Below the pieces are notes generated by a model. It was not told the origin of the DNA. It saw nothing but the letters and a program-made list of their open reading frames with translations, and did not search any database. The position numbers and the translations under genes are program-made. Below, one piece after another: positions 9,815-18,848 of a DNA stretch of 50,474 bases (position 1 is its first letter; each line of letters begins with the position of its first letter). This DNA comes from Candidatus Undinarchaeota archaeon (GTDB taxonomy: Archaea > SpSt-1190 > JASMDC01), in NCBI GenBank assembly GCA_964519305.1, contig CAZFHY010000021.1:1-50474 (forward strand). Reading direction: 5' to 3'.

Positions 9815-10395
9815 TTGTCGCCCTCCTTGGACTCGAACGCATCATGGATAATATGTGAGAACCCAACGCGACTAAGGAGCATTCGTACCTCTTCGAGAGC
9901 AGCGGGATCGTCGAGGACGGTGGGGGGCACCTCGGGCAGACCGAGCGACACGCGCTTCTCCCGAGCGTCATCATCGAGTTCTATGGTGTGACCTGTGCGT
10001 ACGACGGTGCGCGCTATCAGGAGGTGCTCATCATCGATGAGTCCCTTGGAAAAAGCATGGTTGCGTAATGCCCGTACGACCTCGCATGTGGGGACCTCGC
10101 GGGGACATCGTTCCTGGCATGCGTAACAGGTCGTGCACTCCCACAATGCGGGGTCATGGGTGGGGTCGCCTACGCCGAGCTGGATGGCACGGACGATGCG
10201 GCGGATGTTCAGTGGCGTCCAACGCCCTGAAGGGCACGATGCCACGCACAGACCGCACTGGACACAGGTTGCAAGCCGCTTGATGTCCTCGGGATGGAGC
10301 ACGAGCCGACCGCGCTCGGCTACAGCTTTCTCCAGACCGTTCCGGCTCTTCCCAATGGGGAAGCGGATGGCCCGGGAGCGTTCGTCCACATCCAC
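9811..10395 (-). CDS. hdrC: heterodisulfide reductase subunit C
   Basis: CVQCGLCVASCPSG and LWECTTCYACQERCPR; TTGA overlap with hdrB. Start uncertain (GTG 10395 or 10389, downstream of TTTTTATTAT). Confidence 0.9.
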   Translation of the reverse strand: MDVDERSRAIRFPIGKSRNGLEKAVAERGRLVLHPEDIKRLATCVQCGLCVASCPSGRWTPLNIRRIVRAIQLGVGDPTHDPALWECTTCYACQERCPREVPTCEVVRALRNHAFSKGLIDDEHLLIARTVVRTGHTIELDDDAREKRVSLGLPEVPPTVLDDPAALEEVRMLLSRVGFSHIIHDAFESKEGDN

Positions 10396-10730
10396 GGAGG
10401 ATGCCCCAATAATAAAAAGATGTGTATGGGGTGATGGACTTTTATGTCCTGGGGGGTGTGACCGCACCGATTGTGCTTCGCTTATCTCGTACGCCCTGAG
10501 GCAGACCTATTCACTTCTTAGGGGGGGTGTGCGTTCTCGGCTCGTGACTCCGACCGCGTCCCTTGGAGTGTGGCTCTTGCTTGCGGGCGTACAACCACTG
10601 GATGTACGCGCTCAACCTGAATTCGTAAGCCACCATTGTTTATAATCATTTGTCGGCTGAAAAACATAGGTTTGTACCTGCATAGCACGATTGTGGTGTA
10701 TGTGTCCGAATACACATCCCGCTCTTCGGG

Positions 10731-11660
10731 CTAGAGGATGTTCGTAAGGCGTTCTCTGAGCACCTTTTCTCCGATGTCCTTGTATGCGGCCACGAGCTCG
10801 TCGAGGTCACTGTCGCCTTTGAATGCCTGTTCGAGTCCCTTCTCACCTTCTGTGGCGAGGATACCGGCCACGACCCGTGTACCAGTGGCGTACTTCTTGG
10901 TGAGCTCAAGGGAGCGTGTGACGTAGTTCTTGGCGAAAAGGCCGAACTCCTCCTGGCCTTCTTTCACCATGTCCGCACAGTACTCCAGTGTGGTGTACAC
11001 GGCGAGCCCCTCATCGAGGACATCGTTCTTCTCTCCGTAGACGTCATAGGTCTGGTCGTTGTGGACGTGAGCGAGCTCATGCACAAGGCAGGCCCGGTAT
11101 AGGGTGTCCCTGGAGAAGCGGTCAAAGTTGAAGGTCGCTTCCGGATTAGGTTCCACGCCCTTGAACGGAGTGTCCTTCTCCTTGATACGCACCCTGTTGT
11201 CCACAGGATCGTAAGAGGCCATCACATCGAAGTTGACCATCTCCCGAGGATTGCCGATCTGGATCCCCACGGTTGTGTCCTTTGGTATCTCACGCCCTTT
11301 GGATCCGTGGTACGCAACCGCATCCTTGTACGCCTCCTCGAGCTGGGGGCGGAGCGGCTGTGTGTAACGTGCCCGTTCGACAACTGACTCACCATCGAGC
11401 TGTCCAAGCATATTCAGCGCACCGAGGTCGAGGACATCGTGCAGCGTGGCCTCGGCCTTGGTCTGGTCCCAACCGTACTCGTCCCTGATGCGCCGGGTAA
11501 GTTCGGTACGGTCGACGTGCTTGTGCTCCTTTATGGCCCTGTCATAGACATGGCTGTACTCGATGATGTCGTGAACGAGCTCCCGGTCGGTCTCCAGCAT
11601 ACTGTAGACGGCGCAGTGGTCGCGGTCCAAGTAGGCATCAAGACCGTCCCCGGGCATCAA
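10731..11660 (-). CDS. orphan putative zinc metallopeptidase (gluzincin-like)
   Basis: LVHELAHVH (HExxH) followed by VLDEGLAVY; own promoter ATATATAAG on the minus strand at about 11681-11689. Confidence 0.7.
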   Translation of the reverse strand: MMPGDGLDAYLDRDHCAVYSMLETDRELVHDIIEYSHVYDRAIKEHKHVDRTELTRRIRDEYGWDQTKAEATLHDVLDLGALNMLGQLDGESVVERARYTQPLRPQLEEAYKDAVAYHGSKGREIPKDTTVGIQIGNPREMVNFDVMASYDPVDNRVRIKEKDTPFKGVEPNPEATFNFDRFSRDTLYRACLVHELAHVHNDQTYDVYGEKNDVLDEGLAVYTTLEYCADMVKEGQEEFGLFAKNYVTRSLELTKKYATGTRVVAGILATEGEKGLEQAFKGDSDLDELVAAYKDIGEKVLRERLTNIL

Positions 11661-11795
11661 CTATGTTATTGTTTCGCACGCTTATATATGTTACTATTAA
11701 GGAGTAGTGAATTCCCCTGCATCTTCCTGGCACGCTTTCACCGACACCCTTTTAAACGGGAGATGGTTGCAGCCGCGCGTACGAGGCGAGTCGAC

Positions 11796-12911
11796 ATGGC
11801 GCCAAAGCTCTACGAACGACATGAACCCTGCAAGCTCAAGCTATTCACACCGGGACCGGTCATTGTACCGGATTACCTTCTCAAGGAGCTGGCACTTCCG
11901 AATGATACACATCGGAACACTTGGTACTCCGAACTACAGGAGTCCGTAGAGGTCCAGGCCAAACGATTGATGTACACGAAGAACGACATACTCACCTACA
12001 TTTCGAGCGGTACAGGGGCAATGGAATCTTGCCTGTCGAACCTTCTTGACGGAGACGAGCCAGGCCTTATACTCTCTTGCGGGGCCTTCGGGAACCGATG
12101 GCACCAGATAGGACAAGCACTTGGTAAGAACGTCGATAAGTACAAGATACCCGATGGGACTGCGTTCCGAGCCGAAAAGGTAAAGGAATGGCTGGAAAAG
12201 AAGGACTATCGGGTAGTGTGCATAGAGGCAAACGAAACATCTGCCGGTGTGATGAACAAAATGGAAGAGATCGCACCCGTTGTAAAGGACGCAGGTGCAC
12301 TGTTATGCGTGGACGCGGTCTCTGCACTTGCCGGGTTGAAGATCGAAGTGGACAAGCTCAAGATCGATGTCTGTCTCGGTTCGACCCAGAAGGCGCTTTC
12401 GCTCCCGGCAGGGCTCGCCATTGCCTCGGTCTCGGACGAGGCGTTCGAGAAGGCAGAAAGCACGAAGAACCGCGGGTACTACTTCGACATGATAGAGCTC
12501 AGAAAGAAGATGCAGTCCAAGCATCAGACACCGTCGACGGGGCCTATCCACACACTGCGAGCGCTGGACATATCCCTACACCACATCCTCGAGGTAGAGG
12601 GGCTCGAGAACTGTTTTGCACGCCATCGCAGTATGGCCGACATGGTGAAGGACTGGGCGAACGATAGGGGGATGGAGATGGTGCCCGAACCGGGATACGA
12701 GTCACCTACGGTATCGGCGATCAGACGTCCCGAAGACATGGTGACCCTGGAGTTCGTCAAGAAGATGATAAAGCGAGGGTACAGGATAGTCAACGGCTAC
12801 GGGGACCTCAAGGACAAATCGTTCCGCATCGGGCACATGGGCGCGCTCATGCCGGATGATATCCAAGAGCTTCTCAAGGTCATGGACGACGTGCTCGGCA
12901 AGTCGACGTGA
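11796..12911 (+). CDS. class V PLP aminotransferase (alanine-glyoxylate/serine-pyruvate family)
   Basis: LFTPGPV, SSGTGAMES, GAFGNRW, NETSAGV, VDAVSA, GSTQKALSLPAG, FRIGHMG. Start trimmed to ATG 11796. Confidence 0.92.
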   Translation: MAPKLYERHEPCKLKLFTPGPVIVPDYLLKELALPNDTHRNTWYSELQESVEVQAKRLMYTKNDILTYISSGTGAMESCLSNLLDGDEPGLILSCGAFGNRWHQIGQALGKNVDKYKIPDGTAFRAEKVKEWLEKKDYRVVCIEANETSAGVMNKMEEIAPVVKDAGALLCVDAVSALAGLKIEVDKLKIDVCLGSTQKALSLPAGLAIASVSDEAFEKAESTKNRGYYFDMIELRKKMQSKHQTPSTGPIHTLRALDISLHHILEVEGLENCFARHRSMADMVKDWANDRGMEMVPEPGYESPTVSAIRRPEDMVTLEFVKKMIKRGYRIVNGYGDLKDKSFRIGHMGALMPDDIQELLKVMDDVLGKST

Positions 12912-12987
12912 GGGGACGCTTTCCCTAGAACCCGACCCAAAGCAGACGCTTAAAAGGCGGACTGCCTGCATGGACGTGGGATCGACG

Positions 12988-13914
12988 ATGGAAAAAGGGA
13001 TCCAGCTGGCGCCAGGAACGCCTCCTGCCATGAATGAGATCGATATTTCGTTCTATAGCGACGGTGTCAAGCTCAACGGGACCCTTTACCTGCCAAGGGA
13101 TCATGATCGTACTGAGCGCCTACCTGCTGTTATTGTCAATTCGGGATACACCGGTCTCAACGCTATCTACCCGAGGCTCTTCGCCCAAGCGCTCACCCAG
13201 GCCGGCTATGCAGTACTAGGTTTCGACTACCGGGGTTGCGGAGAGAGCGATGGTGTACGTGGACGGTTCATCCTAGAGGAGCAGGTACGTGATATCCAGC
13301 ATGCGCTCGCTTTCCTCAAGGAGCAGGACACGGTCGATCCTGACCGTATCGGGATCCTCGGCTGGGGGATGGCCGGAGGGCTGGTTGTGGATGTCGCGTC
13401 CAAGGAACCAGACGTGAAGGCCGTTGCTGCTCTCAACGGATTCTTCGATGGAAAGGCGTTCTACAAGTACGCCTTCCCTGGGAACGCTTTCGTTGAGCTC
13501 GAACGACGCATAGAGAAGGAGCGGGCCCATCGCGTGCTCACCGGTGAGCTGACATTCACGAACCCTTTCGAGGGCTACCCGCTCGATCCTGACACGGCGG
13601 ACGTGGTGAACGACCGGTTGCGCCCGGTGAAGAACTACGAGATAACTGTCTCCTTTGAGATTGCGGGCTCCATTATCGGATTCAACGCTCTGGAGCGAGT
13701 GGGACGACTCGATTGCCCGCTCTTCGTAGCACATGGGAAGGGCAATCGGCTCCATCCTATCGAGCAGTCACAGAGGCTATTCGAAACGGCCACCGTACCA
13801 AAGCAATTCCATATCATCGATGGGAAGCACAACGACTTCATGACCTATGATCATCCGGTCTTCAAGGAACTGTCGTGCGAGCTCATCGCGTGGTGCGATG
13901 AAGTCCTGAAGTAG
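12988..13914 (+). CDS. alpha/beta fold hydrolase-like protein (nucleophile Ser replaced by Gly)
   Basis: LNGTLYLP, GYAVLGFDYRGCGESDG, VDPDRIGILGWGMAGG, PLFVAHG, GKHND. Start uncertain (12970, 12988 or 13030). Confidence 0.85.
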   Translation: MEKGIQLAPGTPPAMNEIDISFYSDGVKLNGTLYLPRDHDRTERLPAVIVNSGYTGLNAIYPRLFAQALTQAGYAVLGFDYRGCGESDGVRGRFILEEQVRDIQHALAFLKEQDTVDPDRIGILGWGMAGGLVVDVASKEPDVKAVAALNGFFDGKAFYKYAFPGNAFVELERRIEKERAHRVLTGELTFTNPFEGYPLDPDTADVVNDRLRPVKNYEITVSFEIAGSIIGFNALERVGRLDCPLFVAHGKGNRLHPIEQSQRLFETATVPKQFHIIDGKHNDFMTYDHPVFKELSCELIAWCDEVLK

Positions 13915-13947
13915 CATGTACACGCTCAATAATGAGTGACGAGGGCG

Positions 13948-15135
13948 TCAGTGCCCGTGCCTCTCATGATCATGCTCGTGTTCGCATGAGCTCTTCTCGT
14001 GGTGGTGGTGGTGACCCTTTGCGTCATCCTCGTCATGAGTGCAGGTGGGATTGACATCGGTCGAACAGCACACATCGTTACATGGGGGTCCCTTCGTGTA
14101 CTGTAGGTACACTCCCCGTGCCAGAAGGATAATCAGTACGATCGCCGCACCTACCTCGACGCTGTGGGGGAACAGCTCTCCTGCAGTACCGATCGTGGTA
14201 CGGGGATCTAGACCGGCCGATAAATAGTAGCCGTCGACAAGCATCCCTGCCCCGAGCGAACAGATCGCTATCGATGTCAGATAGATAATCACCGAGCGCG
14301 TACCGAACCGCGAACGTACTACAGAGAGGGTGGCCATGTTCGTTGTCGGGCCTGCGAGAAGGAACACAAGGCCTGCTCCGGGGCTCATCCCCTTCGCGAT
14401 GAGGCTGGCCACGACGGGAGTGGACGATGTGGCGCAGATGTAGAGCGGGATGCCCACAAGGAGCATGATGACGAGTGAGTGGAATCCCCCTCCTACGTAA
14501 GTGCCTAGGACGTCCTCGGGCACGAGGTAGGCGATGACACCGGCGAGGATGATGCCCATGGTCAGAGATGGAGCAAGGTCACCGAGAAGCTCTCCGAACC
14601 CGTACTCGAAGGCCGAGCGCGCTTTCTCTGAACTAGTATGGTCGTGAGGATGGCATAAGAGGCAATCACCGCAGTGGATGCAGGTCTCGTCCGAGCTCAC
14701 CTCATGGACTTCCTCAGGATCGACCGCGTTCGACACCAGGCCCGTGATGGTTGCCGTGATAAAGGCTACCACCGGACGTGCGATCGTCAGCACCGGATCG
14801 AGGAGGGTCCAGGAGAGGGCGATGGAGTCCACGCCCGTCTCGGGGACGGAGATGAGGAAGGCCAGGGACGCGCTCTTCGACGCCCCCTTGTTACGCAGCT
14901 CGGCGACTGCCGGGATGACGCCGCACGAGCACAGGGGGAGCGGCACGCCGAACAGGGACGCCTTCAGTACCGAGGCCAGGCTCGACTCCCCAAGATGTAG
15001 CAGGACCTTGTCGCGGGGTATGAGCACGTAGATGATGCCTGCAGCAAGGAACCCGAAGAGGAGGAACACACCTGCCTCAACGCATACGTCCCACGAGGCG
15101 ATGATTATGCCTGTGAGGACGGCGATAGGGTCCAT
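13948..15135 (-). CDS. SO_0444/ArsP-type permease (putative Cu/Zn efflux) with His-rich tail
   Basis: GVPLPLCSCGVIP, PETGVDS, GIPLYICATSSTP, FLLAGPTTN; Cys/His-rich loop and C-terminal HHHHHEK...HEHDHERHGH. Confidence 0.88.
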   Translation of the reverse strand: MDPIAVLTGIIIASWDVCVEAGVFLLFGFLAAGIIYVLIPRDKVLLHLGESSLASVLKASLFGVPLPLCSCGVIPAVAELRNKGASKSASLAFLISVPETGVDSIALSWTLLDPVLTIARPVVAFITATITGLVSNAVDPEEVHEVSSDETCIHCGDCLLCHPHDHTSSEKARSAFEYGFGELLGDLAPSLTMGIILAGVIAYLVPEDVLGTYVGGGFHSLVIMLLVGIPLYICATSSTPVVASLIAKGMSPGAGLVFLLAGPTTNMATLSVVRSRFGTRSVIIYLTSIAICSLGAGMLVDGYYLSAGLDPRTTIGTAGELFPHSVEVGAAIVLIILLARGVYLQYTKGPPCNDVCCSTDVNPTCTHDEDDAKGHHHHHEKSSCEHEHDHERHGH

Positions 15136-15160
15136 GGGTTCTTTCCCTTCTGCTGACGCT

Positions 15161-16360
15161 CTATTTCAGCTTTGCGATTGCGGACTTCATGCGCTGTACG
15201 CCCTCTGCCATGTCCTCCTGGGACGTGGTGTAGGCAAGACGCAAATGGCCTGTATCCCCGAAGACCGTGGATGGGATGAGTCCTATCTGTGCCTCGTCGA
15301 TGAAGTAGTTGGATACGTCCGTGGAGTTCTCGAGGATAGTGTTACCAGCGGTCCTACCGAACAGCTCGGAGCAGTTGATGTAGACATAGAACGCTCCCAT
15401 GGGGGGGGCGAAGGATATCCCATCTACCTCTCCCAGGAGCTTGACCGCAACATCACGCCGGGCAGCGAACTCATCGGCGATGACCTGTAACGGCTCCTGG
15501 GGACCGGTGAGAGCGGCCAGTGCCGCCCACTGGGCAACGGAGTTCGCGCAGGTGGATAGTTGTCCGTTGATCTTGGTGAGGGCCTTGATTAGCTCGATCG
15601 GACCGCCGCCGAATCCTACACGCCATCCCGTCATGCAGTAGGACTTCGAGACGCCCGCGACCGTGAGCGTCAGATCGTTTATCTCCTCCCCCAGTGATGC
15701 TATGGGCACGTGCTCGGCACCGCTGAACACCAGCGATTCGTAGAGCGAGTCGGCGATGACGACGATATCGTTCTCGACGCACACGTCAGCGATCCGCTTG
15801 AGCTCCGCCCGCGGGTACACGGCGCCTGTGGGGTTGTTGGGGGTGTTGAGGATGATCGCCCGTGTGCGTTCGGTGACTTGATCGGCAATGACATCCGCGC
15901 GAGGCACATAGCCCTCGTCCTGACGGGTGGGTACGGGGACCGGTTCACCACTCGCGAACCGTATCTGGTCGATGAAGGAGATCCAGTATGGGCAGGGGAC
16001 GAGCACTTCGTCGCCGGGATCGCACAGGGACAGAAGTGCCATACCGATCACCTGCTTCGCACCGGGGGCCACCATGACCTGGTCCGGCCCGTAGTCGAGA
16101 CCGTTGTCCCGCTTGTACTTCATGCTCACGGCTTCGCGCAGCTCCAGCATGCCACCGGCCGAGGTGTAACGGGTCTTGTTCTCCACCATCGCCTTGCGCG
16201 CTGCTTGTTTGATATGCTCGGGTGTGGGGAGGTCGGGCTCACCGACGCCGAAACTGATAGTGGAGGGGTCTTTCTTCCTCATAGCCATCATGCGGTCATT
16301 GAAGGCCAGGGTGGCCGATGGCTGCATTGCCTTGGTCCGGGTTGAGATCTGGATCGACAT
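15161..16360 (-). CDS. class I/II PLP aminotransferase (aspartate aminotransferase-like)
   Basis: GEPDLPTP, YTSAGG, GAKQ, NTPNNPTGAVY, GVSKSYCMTGWRVG, GAFY. Confidence 0.93.
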   Translation of the reverse strand: MSIQISTRTKAMQPSATLAFNDRMMAMRKKDPSTISFGVGEPDLPTPEHIKQAARKAMVENKTRYTSAGGMLELREAVSMKYKRDNGLDYGPDQVMVAPGAKQVIGMALLSLCDPGDEVLVPCPYWISFIDQIRFASGEPVPVPTRQDEGYVPRADVIADQVTERTRAIILNTPNNPTGAVYPRAELKRIADVCVENDIVVIADSLYESLVFSGAEHVPIASLGEEINDLTLTVAGVSKSYCMTGWRVGFGGGPIELIKALTKINGQLSTCANSVAQWAALAALTGPQEPLQVIADEFAARRDVAVKLLGEVDGISFAPPMGAFYVYINCSELFGRTAGNTILENSTDVSNYFIDEAQIGLIPSTVFGDTGHLRLAYTTSQEDMAEGVQRMKSAIAKLK

Positions 16361-16472
16361 CGTGTTATCCCTTCCGACTCCGGTCCGGGGATACTTAAAA
16401 AGATTGGCCCCGAGGCGACGTGCCCTTGGGGCAGAGATTTAAGGGAACGATATGTAATCCGACGCGAGCAAC

Positions 16473-17072
16473 ATGGTAGACGACGGGACGAAGAAGGTCA
16501 ACAAGGAAGAGCTTGTCCTGATCCCTCTTTTCACACCAGGGCTCCGCTTATCGGCACGTTCACGTATACTCTCATTGTCGACGGTCGTCCCGTTCGCACT
16601 CCTACAATACCGTTTCCATGATACCTGGCTGGGTGAAGGCTGGCTCGTAGCGTTCGCGGTCTTCTCATGGTTGGCCACTCGCTTGTTCTACGCACAGACC
16701 GAGCATCCCCAGCCGGAACCGATAAGGTTCCATGGGGATTCGCTCGTTGTTCCGGGCGTTGTGTTCGACGAGGACGTACCTCTCAGTCTGGATGTGCGTG
16801 AGATCGAGCAGGCCGTGTTCACGCTCGCGTCTCAACGCGGGCAACGCGACCGCGCATACATGGCGCTCGAGCTCAAGGACGCTTATGGTCGAACGCATCG
16901 CATAGGTGGATTGGCAACGGACCTAAGGCGGATCGAGGACCTTCTTCGGGAGCGAGGGGTGGAGATCGAGTTCGAAGTGGACCGATGGGTGCGATGGTGG
17001 GTGATGACGAGCGTCGTCCTGGCCATCGTAGCATCAGTTGCTATCGCACTGTTCCTCAGCGGTTCGTTCTAA
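16473..17072 (+). CDS. hypothetical membrane protein
   Basis: Two N-terminal hydrophobic segments, a soluble middle domain and a C-terminal TM helix; fills the gap between neighbours. Confidence 0.65.
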   Translation: MVDDGTKKVNKEELVLIPLFTPGLRLSARSRILSLSTVVPFALLQYRFHDTWLGEGWLVAFAVFSWLATRLFYAQTEHPQPEPIRFHGDSLVVPGVVFDEDVPLSLDVREIEQAVFTLASQRGQRDRAYMALELKDAYGRTHRIGGLATDLRRIEDLLRERGVEIEFEVDRWVRWWVMTSVVLAIVASVAIALFLSGSF

Positions 17073-17084
17073 ACGGGCATAGCA

Positions 17085-18848
17085 TCATCCACGACTCGCT
17101 CGCTCGTCCTCACGTTCCAGAAGGTACTGCCTGATCCGGCGCGACATGCCCTTCCCCACAACACTGGCGACCTCTGCCTCGTCTGCGGCCAGCACACCCG
17201 TAGGTGAGCCGAACGTCCGGAGAAGTGCTTGTTTACGCTTCTTACCGATACCCGGTATCCCGTCGAGCACGCTGTCGGCGAGGCTCCTAGATCTCTTCAT
17301 ACGGTGGTAGCCCACGGCGAAACGATGGGCCTCGTCCCGTAAAGAAGTACAGAACCGGAACGCGGGCGTCCCCGTCTTCAATGTAACAGGGTTCCGCCGC
17401 GGACGATGGATGCGCTCCCCCTCCTTGGCCAGCGAGGCGAGGTCGATCGTTCGGGAGAGCCCAAGGCGATCCAGGACACGCCGGGCCGCGCCCAGCTGGG
17501 TCGGGCCACCATCGATGAGCAGGAGGTCGGGTGGCTCCTCCCCAGCGAGCGATCCTGTGAACCGACGCAGCACGACCTCGGCCACCATGGCGGGATCGTC
17601 CGTACCACTGGCCTCGCGGATAGCGAACCGTCTGTATAGGTCCTTCGCAGGGCGACCCTCGCGGAACACCACCCATGAGCCCACCGGAGCAGCTCCGTGA
17701 TGAGTCGATATATCGATACATGCAGCGGTACGCGGAAGGCGTCTGAGACCAAGTACGTCCTTTACGTCCTTCATGACCGCGGTCTCCTCGGATCCTGCAC
17801 CGCGGACGGCCAGGCTGCGAGCCGCGATCCTGGCGAGCTCGGTGAGCTCCAGTTCCTCATCGGCGGCGGTCACGACCTCTGCCCCCTCGCGCTTCCTATC
17901 AAGGTAGTCCTGGAGAAGGTCGGGGTTCGGGAGGGCCCGGGAAAGCACCACTTTGTCAGGTACTGGAGTGCGAGCGTAATGCTGGCAAAGGAGTGAGACT
18001 AGCCCCTCTGTATCGAGACCCTCCGTCTCTAACCGATGACGGTCCATTACCATTCCCCGACGTAGTTCGATTATCAACACGCGACATACTCCCATGGAGA
18101 CCTCGAACGCTACGATGTCCACGTCCAGGACCGTCCTGGCAGCGACCTTCCGGTATTGTGCCAAGTGCTCTAGCGCCTGCAACCTATCCCGACACTCGGC
18201 GGCCCGCTCGTACTGCAATTCCTTGGCACATGTCTTCATCTCACGCTCCAACTGACGGGCGAGGCCATCGACATCACCTTTCAGGAGGCGACGGGCCTTG
18301 CTCACACGATGGAGGTACTCCCGTCGAGATACGCGCCCTTCGCATGGGGCACAGCACATGCCGAGGCGGAGGTACAGGCAGGCCTTGTTAGGCATACGTT
18401 TACAGGAACGCAGTCCGAACAGCCTTCGGGACATTCGAAGGACCTGATTGCGACCAGCACCGGACGGGTAGGGGCCGTAGTGTTCGCCCGCTCCCTTCTC
18501 CACCTTCCATGCCCGAACAACGCGCGGCCACTCCTCTCGCGTAATGCGGATGTAAGCGTAGCGCTGTGCCATGGCCAGGTCGGCGTTGTACCTCGGTCGG
18601 CGCTTGCGGACGAGTTCGGCCTCTAACACCAACGCCTCAAGTTCGGACGTGGTGATGGTCACCTCCACGTCCCGGATATCTGCCACGAGCTGACGTGTAC
18701 GCTCGGGGAGCGTGCTCTTCTGGAAGTATGAGCTCACACGCTTGCGCAGGTCCTTGGCCTTTCCGATGTATATGACGTCGCCCGAAGCGTTCTTGAATAG
18801 GTAGACTCCTGGTCGGTGAGGAAGGTCGTCGACCGCTGGTGGTCTCAC
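17085..18848 (-). CDS. uvrC: excinuclease ABC subunit C
   Basis: GIY-YIG (PGVYLF...[16 protein letters not shown]), Cys cluster, UVR domain, [20 protein letters not shown], HhH GIGKKR. Confidence 0.95.
   Translation of the reverse strand: MRPPAVDDLPHRPGVYLFKNASGDVIYIGKAKDLRKRVSSYFQKSTLPERTRQLVADIRDVEVTITTSELEALVLEAELVRKRRPRYNADLAMAQRYAYIRITREEWPRVVRAWKVEKGAGEHYGPYPSGAGRNQVLRMSRRLFGLRSCKRMPNKACLYLRLGMCCAPCEGRVSRREYLHRVSKARRLLKGDVDGLARQLEREMKTCAKELQYERAAECRDRLQALEHLAQYRKVAARTVLDVDIVAFEVSMGVCRVLIIELRRGMVMDRHRLETEGLDTEGLVSLLCQHYARTPVPDKVVLSRALPNPDLLQDYLDRKREGAEVVTAADEELELTELARIAARSLAVRGAGSEETAVMKDVKDVLGLRRLPRTAACIDISTHHGAAPVGSWVVFREGRPAKDLYRRFAIREASGTDDPAMVAEVVLRRFTGSLAGEEPPDLLLIDGGPTQLGAARRVLDRLGLSRTIDLASLAKEGERIHRPRRNPVTLKTGTPAFRFCTSLRDEAHRFAVGYHRMKRSRSLADSVLDGIPGIGKKRKQALLRTFGSPTGVLAADEAEVASVVGKGMSRRIRQYLLEREDERASRG

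Noticed and set aside
11439-11795. N-terminal extension of the class V aminotransferase given by the ORF track
   Set aside because: It overlaps the divergent gene and its promoter; family similarity begins near ATG 11796.
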